A stretch of DNA of 43,929 bases from Perkinsus olseni (lineage: Eukaryota): positions 1-43,929 of the forward strand of contig JABANN010000279.1 in assembly GCA_013115125.1 (NCBI GenBank), written 5' to 3'. The notes beneath the pieces were generated by a model that was not told where the DNA came from, did no database searches, and saw nothing but the letters and a program-made list of their open reading frames with translations. Position 1 is the stretch's first letter; every line of letters begins with the position of its first letter. Both the position numbers and the translations under genes were made by a program. Shown here piece by piece: positions 1 to 12,145 of this stretch.

Positions 1-1488
1 AGAAACGTAGCCACAGTGGATGAAAGCTCAGATTTCCTGACTCTGCGCAGCCCAACTCAAGCACTTCTGCCTCCGCTGGTCACCCTGAGAGCCGTATCCA
101 ATCGAGTAAATCGGTGGAGATATATGTTTGTATACCCAGCTCCGCAGAACTGTTTTTAAAATATTGTAAATCGAGCGTCTCGCTGAGATATCCATCACAG
201 AGGTACAAACGCGCTGTTTCGGCGCGTCTTAGTGCGCACGCGTGCGGAAAATGTGACGCGCGGAACTGATCGACACATGTCTCCAAGTTGGATAAGCGTT
301 TGGGGAGATACTCGACAGCAAGTTGCAGCTGACTGATTGGGCTCACACCCACCGTAGGAAGATCATGACGCAGCGACTTACACTTCGGCTGAGGACGCCA
401 TTAGGCATTGCAATTATCCGTGCAGACGCCTCCAATTGAGGCTTTCAACAAGTTGGAGGGTATAGCTTCAGTTCCTTCGTCATCCCGGCATCCGTGTGGA
501 TGCTACGAGTCTCTGTGAGCTGGAAATTGGAGGACTTATCCACATTTTACTGCAGATGTAGTCAAATTCTCTTTCGGACTCTCGACGTCTCACCATAGGG
601 CAGGAACAGGCAGTTTTCATCGGGGAGCTTGCTATAAGCCATGCACGAGTGGAGGCACCAGGATAGCAAAGATATCGCATCGATTTTCCCGCGTGTGAAT
701 GAAAAATCAGGAAATTGCCGAAATGTGATGTAATTTTGTGAACGTGCTGAAATTGACGGTTTCACGACATTTGCTTGGGCGGGCGAGTTCATTACTGATT
801 TTTTTATATATGTTTTTTCTCAAGGTCAGATGAGTTCATACACCAAGTTTCGGGCCCTGAGTCACAATCGCTACGGAGAAATTAGAAAAAAACTTCATGT
901 GATATAATTTTGTGGACGGGTTTAGAAGTAGTCCTCGCATTCGATTCCTTCGGTCTCTATTTTCCCCGAGCTCACAAGCCTGAAATCGAAAATCCTTCCA
1001 CCTTTAACAAGCCTCTTCCGCTTTGGCTCGTCGGGCATCCAGGACTCGTAGGGGGCTTCGAACTTGCACATTTTCCCTTCACGACCTGTATACCAATCCT
1101 GAGAAGATGCTGCTAGAGGATGGGATTTCCGCTCATTCGAAAGCCGTTCTATCGCGAATCAGCAAACAGTCGCGCGTGATACTGCAACGCTGAATCACTG
1201 TTCTGTTATCGCAAACATAGAATACTCACTCTTAACTCCGGCGGAGGCCTTCGACACAACCCCATCAAAGTCGAGGAAACTCTCTTCGCGATGGCGGCAA
1301 ACGATTCCTGCAAGAGCACCAGCCAAACGATGGCACAGACACCGGGTGACATCATTGAAGTCTACAGCTGCCACAGTCAGACTCGAACATGACCGAATTG
1401 ACTAACGCAATCAGACAAGCGTTGAATTCAGCAAGCGAAACATATCGCCGGCTCATAAAACAGTCGTGCATATATCTTCAATCGTCAT

Positions 1489-2615
1489 CTATTCGTCATC
1501 CAGCTTGGGAGCCAGGAAATAGCGAACAAAGCCTTTCTCGGGAGAATCAGCCACGCAGTAATCGATCTAAGTAAAGGCTCAAGTGATCATGATCCCAGCA
1601 ACAACACCTACCATGAGAGGAGTCTCCGCTGACAGACGGAGTGTCACATCATCACTGAGCGCACAAGCCTTGTTGGTGAACATGAGCAGATAGCGAAGGG
1701 AGAAGCATAGATTCTCGACAGCTTCCCTGCAATGAGTTATCTACAAAGAAAAGACAGTTCTGATCGGGACGCGCCGTACTCCCGTACCTCAACGTCGTGC
1801 TCCAACTTGATCGATGATGACTTCACGTGGCCATCACCTGGAAGAAAGCCTCTGGATTTGGAAACACTCCAATTTGCTTCATGCTCACATTTCATCGAGA
1901 ATTTCACAGAGTTTTTGTCACAGTCAATCCTCAAGTTCTCTCCACCGCAGTCCTTCAAATCACGGCATATCTTCGCGAACTGAGAGCACTTCATCTTGAT
2001 CTCACACGAGTACCTAACGACTTCAATACACGGGGATATACTCAGTTCATCTTCCGAACGCTCACTCGCAGTCGGGCACGCCGAGCTGCTCGCTTTCGAT
2101 ATCCATAAGGTTCATGTCACACTCTACTGCCCTACCCTCCCCAGCCGAAGTGATCGTCAGAGTGTCGCAATCCTGAGCGCAATGAAGTGCAAGAGACGAA
2201 GGTATGAAGAACGCTGAATACTTCTTCCTTCTTGAGAGACAGCGAGTCGTCGTCACGGCAGAGCTTAAGGAGCTTCGTCAAGGCCTCGAAGTTGATACCA
2301 ACACAGCTCCTGAGAACAGCAAAGTCGAATCGAAGTAGCACGTAACACCAAGCAGCGCGGCCTTACTCTCGATCGCATCTGAATTCGTCGAATGCGCTCT
2401 CCTTGAGTTCCATTTGGACCAAGGCCACGTGAGTGGTGTCCATAGTCTGAACTCGGATGCCTGAGACAGTATTCACGAAGATTCAATCGACTGATCAGCA
2501 CGAAATCAGGGTTACCCTCATCGCTCAAATCAAAATTCCCCTCTTTGACAATATCGAGCACAGCAGCCACGACTTTCTTGAAAAGAACAGTCTGCTCAAG
2601 CTTGCATTCGAACAT
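1489..2615 (-). CDS. PCNA: Proliferating cell nuclear antigen (multi-exon, about 7 short introns)
   Basis: Spliced translation MFECKLEQTVLFKKVV...GIRVQTMDTTHVALVQMELKESAFDEFRCDRE...[36 protein letters not shown]...FSLRYLLMFTNKACALSDDVTLRLSAETPLM/IDYCVADSPEKGFVRYFLAPKLDDE* matches the PCNA family signature; GT-AG introns restore the frame. Confidence 0.96.
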
Positions 2616-2933
2616 GGTTCTGTAGAGGTACAACGGCTATCCGGACACGGGGAGATTCACGCCAATGCGCAACATCAAAGATGCTCTCGGAGCGGGAGGC
2701 CTCAACAGTTTTTCCGCCGAAGTAGCGCACGTCAACCTGATCGATGACGAAAACCGGCTGTGGGAGGAACTGAACCAGGGACCTCCCCCCGAAAGAACGT
2801 ACCCACTATCCACGCGGCCAGAAGGGAAAAGATTCTGCGGCCGCAAAAACTGCTTCGCTATTTCGGGCGTTTTGATCGATTTAGCCTAGCGGCATTCCAG
2901 CGCCTCCCTATAGAGTAGTCATCTTCCATCACC
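2616..2933. promoter_or_regulatory. Putative bidirectional promoter between divergent PCNA and eIF2-beta
   Basis: 318 bp between two head-to-head start codons; positional inference only. Confidence 0.5.
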
Positions 2934-3684
2934 ATGGCTGACGTTGAACAGCAACTAGAAGCCGAACACTTCGACTTCGGTAAGAAGAAGAAGAAGTCCA
3001 GTAAGGAGAAGAAGGCCAAGAAGGAAAAGAAATCCAAGAGCTCCCATGAGGGCGAGGTAGTTGATCATCACTACACGCTCTCCTCGTTTCGCTTGAGTTG
3101 CTGCTGCTATCTGGATTCCTTGCTCGCGACAATCCTTTCGTAGTGGAAGTTTAATTTCTGTTGTTTTTCAGGATGCTTCTTTCCAAAGGGGAGTGGTGTA
3201 TCCCTATGAGCAGCTCCTGGCTCGTGTTCACGAGATGATCAACGAGAAGAATCCTGCTCTCGGTGGCAGCAAGCGGGCAATGAGGTTGCCTCCCCCCAAG
3301 ATCGAGCGTGTTGGTTCCAAGCGTGTATCTTTTGTCAACTTCGGTGAGATCTGCGCTAGGATGAACCGGTCTAAGGAGCACGTCTTGCAGTTCTTCCTCT
3401 CCGAGTTGGGTACCACCGGTTCTCTCGCTGCCGACGGTCAGCTTATCCTCAAGGGACGGTATATGGCAAAACATATTGAATCATTATTGCGGAAATATCT
3501 GAGTGCTTATGTTACCTGTCCGATGTGCAAGTCACTGAACACCGAGTTTGTTCGTGACCCTGCGACTCGTCTCTATGCTATGAAATGTAACAATTGTGGT
3601 GCATCCCGAACGGTGCACGCTATCAAGTCCGGTTTCCATGCGACCACTCGCGCTGACCGAAAGGCCGCGAAGCTCGCTAAGTAG
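2934..3684 (+). CDS. EIF2S2: Translation initiation factor 2 subunit beta (intron 3057-3171)
   Basis: Poly-Lys box (FDFGKKKKKSSKEKK), YPYEQLLARV, FFLSELGTTGS, C4 zinc ribbon CPMC...CNNC; splice from 3056 to 3172 is in frame. Confidence 0.96.
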
Positions 3685-4571
3685 TAGTCGACCACTGCTG
3701 CGATTTTATCTACTTTGATCTTTCTGTTTGGTAAACGGCACGAAAAGCACGGCTGTGGGGAATCTCTTCGAGCATCGCGTCTCTTCACCCCAGGGAAAGT
3801 CCTCGTGCGAGTAGTAGAAAGTACTGCCAGTAGACTGGTTACCCTTGGTCATGCCACTCTCGTGTGACCGGGGCTGTTGCAGCAGCAAAGTTATGCCGTG
3901 GGTTGTGCTTCAGCACAGCTAACAGAATGAGGCTTACTCTTTCGCTGTCGTTCATACCTGTGCAGACTGCTCGAAGTAGATATGGAAACCTTTGTACAAT
4001 TTGCACACATTTTTCTCGATTGTTGGTGTTTTGAGTTATTTAGTTGGTCAGTCATGGGGCTCGGGGAGTCGGGGAATGGAGTCTCATCGAGTGCGCAACC
4101 TAGCTGTTGTTGACGAAGTGTGAGGTGATAGTCTACCGCTGATCGATGGGTAGTTGAGAACTCAAAACGATTTGCCTTGAGGGCTTCATACAGGTATCGC
4201 CAGACAATGCCTAGAAAATGTAGTACGTAAGTGTTGTGAAAAGAGGCCTCGAATATATTTTTCAGTTATTGACTGATACTAATTACCCCGGACCGTATGC
4301 CTATCGACTATCAACTGCTCGATTGATTCAAAAACTGATACTATTGGGAGTACTGGTTTGCCCTACTCTCTAGAGTATCTTAGGGTTGCCCAACTCTCTG
4401 CCTGATCGCTACTTTCTGTGCTCAATAAAACCCATCCCTCTTGAAACAAGATACATCGGTGCTAGTCTGACTAAGTCGGTTCTCGGCGTTGGACTTGAAA
4501 CTCACACACACTGGTAAACACAAGAACCCTCGAAATTCTTGACTTCAATTTAGCAGTCAGAGACATGGTCA

Positions 4572-6613
4572 TTACTTCATTTCGGGAACCGACATCTCTA
4601 TATCTCCTCCCCCATTGGAAGCCCCTCGAACCGAGGGCAAGCCGTACTTCTCATGAAGAGGTCCGTAGACGGTTATGTAGTCGTAAGCATCTCGAAGGGA
4701 GGTCGCGGATGATACCATCGCTGTGTAGACGTATGTCACTGGTCTTACGACCAAGAAGGGGTCACGCCACATCAGCATCAACGACGCTGCACCGAGGAGG
4801 ACTAACCCGCGTTGGACATCACACGCCGCTCGGCCCGGCTCCATTGCAGCGGTACTAACGGATCTGTAATTCATAATGGCGCTAGCATCCCACGGGAGTT
4901 CACCCAAGGCCAGTGTCGCCGCGACGATCCCGATGCATGGCAGTATTATGGCGGCCGACGAGAAGCCACAGGATATGAGGCGGCCAATTGCCATAGCGAG
5001 GATGAGCAACGTCAACCCGATTTGGCCTGCCGTGGCCTCCAGGGCTGCCGAGACCACAGAGAGCAGCGCCGCGGTTATGAGAACGGCGCTTATCACGAGT
5101 AGGCGTTTCAAGCATGTTGCGGTATCCTTTTCTGGAAGTAGAATCGCCCGAAGTTCGACGGTGACACGGAACAGACGATTCGCTAAGTAAACGTAGATTG
5201 CCGTTGTTAGAAGGAGATTGCACGACGGGTAATTCGGCAGCAACACTAGAGTCTTCTTAGCGTTCTCAGTGAGCCAGATGTGATGCTGCAACAGGTAGGT
5301 CTCGAGGGTCACCTTCCCCATTCGAGTGAGGGGTTCGAGGTAGTGCGTCCGCAACCTGAGGAGGAGCACGCGGGCGGAGATATCGCCTTCGTCCACTCTC
5401 ACCATGGCGTCATGTTTCTGATGTATATGAAGGTGAGCAGTGGGATGATGAAGAAATAGGGATGAGCGTCATTGTAGTCCGACTTCGACAGCGTGTGTAT
5501 CTCGGTGAACCAACTGTAGCTGAGTACGCCTAAAGCCGACAGAGCGGTTAGTTTCACGAGCCATTCGTGCTTCCATGGCAACTTCTCCACGACCTCCATC
5601 CACTTCGCAGTAGACGGATAAGTGTAGGCGAAGATCATACCCAAGTAAGCGGACCAGTGGTCAAGACCGCTCCGAAAGTGCCACTCGTAGAGCACTCCCG
5701 CCTTGGCACCCTGCGTGGCCGTGGATGGGAGAATGAGACCGAACACGGCATCGAACCAGGAGTGGTCGACGTCCCAAATAATATAGATAATCAGACCTAG
5801 TACGATGAGCTTCACTTTCATCAGCCAACGGTGATAGTTGGCAGCTCTGAAGACCCGCATGGTGATGTAGGTGAGCAGGAAGTAGAAGGTGTGCAGTGGT
5901 ACGATATAGTAGAGGATGTACGTCGTGTTGAGGGCCAAGCAGAGGAGAATCGCTGACATGTTCAGCCGCCAGAGCATCGACAAGAGTCGGCCCAAGCTGT
6001 AATCATTCTGAGTGTAGAAGTAGCTGAAGTTGCCAAAGCCCGTCATCCAGACGTAGGCGCTGACGAAGACTCGGATCATGTTGTAGACATCAGCGGCATG
6101 GAAGTAGTGGTAGGCGAGGAAGAGGAACTGTAGCCATCCCTTCAGCTCTTCCGAGTTGTTCCGGCCGAACACCACCAGCTTGGCTTCTTCCGGACGTCTC
6201 TCGGTCTTGGCCCAGGACAAGGAGTGAAGGATGAATAGAGCGAACAGGAACCAGAAGGTGTCTCGAGAATACTCCCTCTGACCGTGGGGGTAGAGAGGGG
6301 CCCACTCACATGCAAATGCATAGAGAAGTATGGCACCGAGCTGGGTGGTTCTCAACAAGAGCTGCTTCCAGGAGTCAATCGACCCATTCAATGACGACAG
6401 TCTGTTATCAGTTTCCTTGACGTCGCTGCTGCTGTTCTTAGTGCTAACAGGGATGTACCTCGCAGTCCCGGTCCAAACGGAAACCCAGGTTAGGATCTCG
6501 TCCCCGTGAAGGCCAAGGCAAAGTAAAGCGCTAGTCCCGAACACGAAGACACTCGCAAGCGACGTTGTCGGTAGAAGGCTTGAGAGGGTCAAATCACTGG
6601 AGACCCCGGACAT
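4572..6613 (-). CDS. Cas1p/RWA (Cas1_AcylT) multi-pass O-acetyltransferase component, without an N-terminal PC-esterase domain (intron about 5356-5402)
   Basis: Motifs EELKGWLQFLFLAYHYFHA, YNMIRVFVSAYVWMTGFGNFSYFY, LYYIVPLHT, EWHFRSGLDH, IRNMTPW/LRTHY...GKVTLETYLLQHHIW are characteristic of CASD1/Cas1p/RWA. Confidence 0.93.
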
Positions 6614-6712
6614 CAGTAGCGGCAGAACGCTGGCTGGACACTTCTCACTCCCAAGTTGGCTGAACTACACAAGTCGCCCCGCTGTTAGTCCAACAACGTA
6701 ACTACATCGTCA

Positions 6713-7675
6713 TCATGCTTCGGTAAGATCATCATTGAAATAGAGGTGCAGCACCGGGACGTGCTCATCCGGGTCGATATCGAGACTCTTGAGCACCTAG
6801 GCAATCAGGTAAGGACGGCAACGCAGCGCTTTTTAAGCTGATCATCTGCAGCCCGGCACGGGATAGCTCCTACGTCTGTTTCATCTGGAATACCATTTTC
6901 ATCCAAGGTTTTGTCCATGTCCAGTACCTTTCCCAATCGCTTCCAAGTGTAGCTGTCAGTATGATAGTTGTACTCTCGATATCTGACGAAGGCACTCCAG
7001 TGACGACGGCCGGGAAATCTCCAACCGTGCTGAGATCTCCGCTGCGGTCTCCTCCACGGGAACTTCAAGTATGCAGTTTTGCCCCGTGAGGACGTTCACA
7101 AGGCCGACGTTGCGTGTAGCGCTGGCGAAGCTGCCGATATGGTATTGTGGATCGCGCCACCACCTAGTGAGGAATACTATCCGCTAGGACTGTCGTTCGA
7201 AAAGCCCTTACGGAACATCAACGGCTTCTTCTCCATGGGTTGAGACCGGAAGCGTGCTGGGGAGGTGGAGGTAGCGGCCGGTCGGGCAGAGCGGGGCCTG
7301 AAGACAGAAGAATCGTCAAAGCGCTGCAACCCGCTTTCTCGGCTACCCTCATGTTGGAGAGCTGTGGGTCGTTGAAGAGCTTGGGAGTCGGCAATCCCTC
7401 CTCATCCAGGTCGAACCAGTGGCTTATGTCGGTTCCGGCAGCCTTGAGAATAGGCGTGCAGAAGGGTGACCGCTCTTTCGCGAGGAGGCCGGTGAGGTTG
7501 AGAACCTAGTATGAACTGTATCGAATCCGCGAAAATGGACAGACGGTGAGCAGCTCACCTTGCCATGTATCGCTACCCAACAGTCGCTGTTCTTGCTGTG
7601 TGTGGACAGGTCGGCAGGCGTATAAAATCTTCGCGGAGTACACGAGGCCGGAAGGTCCCCTCGGCAAATTTTCAT
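6713..7675 (-). CDS. CYB5D1: Cytochrome b5 domain-containing protein 1 (flagellar radial-spoke associated family), multi-exon
   Basis: [10 protein letters not shown]...[14 protein letters not shown]...[53 protein letters not shown]-terminus [12 protein letters not shown]. Confidence 0.88.
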
Positions 7676-7750
7676 ACTGTATCCTGCTGAAACTCGATAG
7701 AACTGAACGGAAAGTGACCGAGTTCCCTATCCGCAACACCAGTCCAGCTG

Positions 7751-8725
7751 TCATGAGACTTTTTTCTCAGCCTTTGCATGCATCGTCATGCTAACTGTCC
7801 CTCTACGGCAAGCAAATAGGGCTGCCCCAACAAGGGCAACTGCTACGCCGCAGTACTGGATGTGGGAGAAGGCTCGACCGAAGAGCATGTTGGAAGCCAT
7901 CATACCAACAGGCTTCACGGAATGCGATGCAGCTTCCTTCTTGACCGTCCCAAACTCTCTGGTCACGTGAAGGCTGAGAACGTTGAAACCCACGGCTATG
8001 AGCGCTGACACGGAGATTGGCTTGAACACCGATGGCAGTCGGTACCATGGGTCGGTCCCTTCTGTGAGGGCTGAGCTGATCAGTAGCACCGGGGTTGAGA
8101 GCACGGCCGTATGATACAGTAAGGCCAGGACATCGCTCCGCCGGGTTCGCAGGAGCAGGAACTGCAGATTGCTTTTGACGGCTCTGGTCAACACTGCAAG
8201 TACCGATAAGGATATGCCAACACTGGAGAGCGATCGGGCGTTGACTATGTGATCAGCGGCACAGATAGCACAGCCGATGGTCAGACAAGCGATAGCTCCG
8301 ACGACACGCCAACTTATGTCTACCGATCGTGGCGTCCGAGCCAGCCGGCCCAGTAGAGGCTCGACGACCAGGGCCCAGATTGGGGATGTAGCCTGGACCA
8401 CCGAGTGCCATGCTGGGTGCAGGTAGAGGAGGGCAACGTTACCAGAGACTATGGACAATCCACCGAGAGCCGTGATGGTTTTCACCGTCGGGCAGGATCT
8501 GGCCGAAGAAGCCGGTACCCTATTGCTACTGAGAGTAAGGGCGAGAGTCGACAGCTGGTGGATGAAGGTTAAGAACAGAGGATATTCGAAGTTGGCCTGG
8601 ACGTAGAGCCATTTGGTACAGTTCCATTGGGCCACCATACACACCAGAAAGCAGACGAGGGACACCTCTCGACTTAGCCATGGAAGATGCATCAGCGCGA
8701 AGGCCTCGTGAACTGCTGTTATCAT
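7751..8725 (-). CDS. TPT/nucleotide-sugar transporter family protein (SLC35/DMT), intronless, 324 aa
   Basis: About 10 hydrophobic segments; KWLYVQANFEYPLFLTFIH, SIVSGNVALLYL, VVQATSP, LLYHTAVLS are typical of the TPT family. Confidence 0.85.
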   Translation of the reverse strand: MITAVHEAFALMHLPWLSREVSLVCFLVCMVAQWNCTKWLYVQANFEYPLFLTFIHQLSTLALTLSSNRVPASSARSCPTVKTITALGGLSIVSGNVALLYLHPAWHSVVQATSPIWALVVEPLLGRLARTPRSVDISWRVVGAIACLTIGCAICAADHIVNARSLSSVGISLSVLAVLTRAVKSNLQFLLLRTRRSDVLALLYHTAVLSTPVLLISSALTEGTDPWYRLPSVFKPISVSALIAVGFNVLSLHVTREFGTVKKEAASHSVKPVGMMASNMLFGRAFSHIQYCGVAVALVGAALFACRRGTVSMTMHAKAEKKVS

Positions 8726-8857
8726 CGAAGGTACGCCCGCCGTCTACGAAAAGCGTAGACGGCAAAATCAAAGATTTACAACCATGCACAACCAGCTTGC
8801 AATAGAAACAGATCCGAAACGTGGTGGAAAGAGACATGCTAGCATTCAGACGGAATT

Positions 8858-10747
8858 CTACTTCCCTGCAGCAGTGGCAGCCTTGGCGGTCTCCAACGTC
8901 GTCTGTTGGCACATCTCGAAGAACGATACGCCCCTACAGGTACACGGTCGAGCTCGAGAACAGGAGATGATAACGCTACTTGGCCAACATCTGCTGGGCT
9001 CGTCGCAGCTCTTGTCGTAGCCGTGTGTGTTGGTTGGGCAAGACCTTAGCAAGCTACCATCATCGTCAGCGGCAGGGCAAAGGAATGCTCACATTGGCGA
9101 CGTCCTTGCCGACCTCGAAAGGGTTGTCCACGAAGAGGTAGACACCTGCACTAGGAGAGGCCACTTTAGACTGTGGGCCCGATGCTGCCACGACGTCCCT
9201 TATAGCGATGTTCCCAAACTTGTACATATACCTTAGAAATTCAGAACGGCAACCTGGCGAGGTGCGGGCCTCCGATAGTGAGCTCCCGTTCAAAGCCCAC
9301 TAACCAGCAATGCGGCTAAGGCCGGAGAGGCAGCGATGACTGAGAGTCGACTGATGGACAGCTCACCCGTAATATCGGAAGAACTCGTGTAGAAGGAAGC
9401 CCACACTTTCCGTATTCCGACCACCATTGTCTTTACACAAGTAGTCGAGTTCCTCAGTTATCATCTTCGAATCAGTCGCGAATCTACAGACAGCGAGCAA
9501 GTGGTTATCCACCTCTCCAAGAGAGCTTGCAAGACTAGGGCCATGTCTCACTGCGCTTACCGACAGTCGACTCCCTGCACGTAAAGCGGCGGCATATTGT
9601 GTTGCAGCGCCAAGTCTTGCAAACTTGGCAAGACAGGAGCCGGTCGTCGTTGCAGGAAGTGTATCATCATCAATATGAGCGAGAAGGACGAGAGAGTCCC
9701 TCGAGACCGATCGTTAATGCCGCGTGCTTTACACCAGTACCTGTGCTGTAGATTGTCACTTGCAGGCCCAAGGGAATACTACTTGACCGCGATTCCCAGA
9801 GGCCTCAGGCGTGGATCGATCTCCATGTAGGCCCCGATGAGCCTTGAGTTCACTACCGCTAGGGTATTGTTGACTGAAATGTCGGTTGCCAACATCGAAC
9901 CCGGGACCTTCGGCGCCCAGTGGATGATAGGTATCCGAGCAGAGAATCTCGGTTCCACGAAGTGAGTTGTTACTCGAGCAAGGGAAGCTAACAACACGAA
10001 GCCGCGTCATCAACAACGTATCTTATACGGACCACGACTCACTCGCCAGTTTTCGGAGGAGTACTATTTGCTCTGCCCTTGTCTGGTGCCCGGGGACCTA
10101 AGCGCAGTTACCGCGAGCTAGCCACTCCCGGTGTCGAGGAATAAGACCCGATCGGCAATAACGTGTGAAGGCTGTTAGCTCACTTGGATACAAACATCCA
10201 CATCAGAATGAGGCGTCCAGAAGCCATTAATAGCCGAGCCGAAGGCATGGACTCTGATCTCACCATCAACCATTTTGGAGACTGTCGCTTGCAAGGCAGC
10301 AAGGAAACTGGCAGTTCAACTAGAAGTGGGTGAGAAGACATTGAATACTACCTGTCCCGGGCCTTATGGTCCTCTTCACTTGGCCGTACTTCTGCCTCTA
10401 GGGCGTCGACCTCCGTTGTTAATTTGACCATTCTTGGATCATCACTCCCCGTGATCTGCGGAAGCGAGGCCCACAGATAGCCACCCCTCAACGGCCGACC
10501 CGCCTATCACCTTGCCAACGGTCCTTGCAGTCGCGAACATAGAGAGATGTGCATCTCCCTTCGGAGTGGTAGCCCGTATTCCAGTGGCCTGCCTTGGGGG
10601 AGCGACCTCCCCTTGTGAGTCCGTCGGTAACGTCCACGTCAAAGGATCCTCTGGTCCCCCTATACGAGGAGAAGGTGAGGTGGTAGTAAGCATCCGAATG
10701 ACCTTCCTCACGACATTACTGCTAGGGGATTTGTACGAAGATAACAT
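8858..10747 (-). CDS. Cid1/GLD-2/TUT-family non-canonical poly(A)/poly(U) polymerase, multi-exon
   Basis: FGSAINGFWTPHSDVDVCI (GS...DxD), ARIPII, DISVNNTLAVVNSRLI, VK/YWCKARGINDRSRGTLSSFSL, FFRYYG, VDNPFE; start at ATG 10747 inferred. Confidence 0.92.
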
Positions 10748-11160
10748 CCTGCGCAAGCATGAAGTGTGGAAGACTTAGGCCTGAGGTTCGGCATCAGCAA
10801 AGGGCGCGATAGCGTTGAGACATGGCAAGGGAGCAAGATTTATCATTCGTTCGGCGATGGTTCAGAGTCTGAACTCCAGACACAGAGTCAGTCTCCTTCA
10901 ACTTGCTATCGACTAGAAGGCTGACAGGCACAGATGTGGTGCTACCATAATGTTAGCACGCTGGTGAGGGTAAAACAGCAACACTTAAGTTGGCTGGTTT
11001 ACTCGTATCAACTGCGGCGCAGGTACACTCTTCGTGCCATATGGGCCTCGCGGCTCGCTAATGGAATTACTACAACTCAAAACACGATGACTATACACCT
11101 CAAAGCAATCCTCGAACATGAGGGAATGATACAAGTTGGCCGAGTCGCCCTCGAGACGAC

Positions 11161-11699
11161 TTACACGCTGTCGGCCACCTCTGTTGGCTCTTGGAACCCA
11201 TCAGCCCTGAAGTGAGAGAAACATCAGCTACGACCCGTCTTCCGTTCAGTTTCACTCACCTCTTCCCCTCAGGCCATCTCCTGCTCAGCAGGTACCCCAT
11301 CAGGACGAGCTGAGCGGTGAGCACGACGAGGATCAAGGCCGTAACGACCAAGATCCCAGCCAAAACTCCCGAGTAATCCGAGGTACTGGTGAGACCTTGG
11401 ACGTCGCTTGAATCATCACTTGTAGCTCTGAGGGCAGATGAAAAGATGAGTTAGTTCTACGATTGATGAGTGTCTTACCCTTCAGCCTCGTTAATCCCCT
11501 CCAAGGCTCCCAGTGGAACCTCAGTGGGGATGGTGCCAATCGCCTCCAGCAACTTGTCTTCGATGCTAGCCTCTTCCAGATCGGCCGTGTTCTTATCCAG
11601 ATTCATCGCCTCAACTTGCTCCTTGGAGAAGAGAGACCCCTGGCCCAGGACTGGGCCGGTCGCGCCAAAGAAGATCGCGAGGAAGATATATGGAGTCAT
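11161..11699 (-). CDS. Small orphan type I membrane protein (3 exons)
   Basis: Signal-like MTPYIFLAIFFGATGPVLG, acidic ectodomain, hydrophobic VLAGILVVTALILVVLTAQLVLMGYLL followed by SRRW; two GT-AG introns join in frame to stop TAA at 11161. Confidence 0.72.
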
Positions 11700-12145
11700 T
11701 GCCAACGAGTTTGAACTACTGAGGACCACGTGAGATATGCGTAATGAGGGGCCAGGCCTACAGGGGAGAAGCTCGGTGGTAGCCCGCTGTGTGGAAGATG
11801 GCTTTTCCGTTGTCACTGCGATCGGACAAACGCCGCGGTCGCGGGGTCGATAAGTGTGCGCAAGAAAACAAGTGCTCCATTTCCATTTCGAGCGCTCCAG
11901 CCGCTGGTGCAACCAATACGACTATTAGTTTCACTGGCATTGAGTGGACTTGAATCCGTACAGTGTTTACGATTCTAGGTTTATGTCCATGTAGGCTATG
12001 CCGTTCACCCAGCAACTGGCATGGACCATGCGTCTTATGCTGCCCTGAGGAGAACTCTCCTGTGTCCCTCTGCTGGCGTCGTGTTGAGGGAGTGGTCACC
12101 GAAGTTCTTATGGGGACCTCGGTACAGTTTCTATCCGAGTTCGTC

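Noticed and set aside
1571-1583. GGCTCAAG resembling the 3' end of the dinoflagellate/perkinsid spliced leader
   Set aside because: Only 8 nt match, lacks CCGTAGCCAT, and is antisense within a PCNA intron; no SL gene or relic SL was seen.
1546-1656. TGATGA/CTGA boxes on the minus strand suggesting a C/D snoRNA
   Set aside because: The TGATGA lies in a PCNA coding exon (SDDV).
2665-2889. 74-aa plus-strand ORF in the PCNA/eIF2b spacer
   Set aside because: No recognisable motif; fills a probable promoter/UTR region.
4270-4400. Short direct repeats (actgatacta x2; ttgccc.actctct x2) and a small hairpin in the convergent spacer
   Set aside because: Too short and degenerate to support an element or ncRNA.
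5356-5405. Apparent frameshift splitting the Cas1p/RWA gene
   Set aside because: Explained by a 47-nt GT-AG intron giving TPW/LRTHY.
4572-6613. 'Cas1' name suggesting CRISPR
   Set aside because: Cas1p here means capsule synthesis 1, unrelated to CRISPR Cas1; no repeat-spacer array is present.
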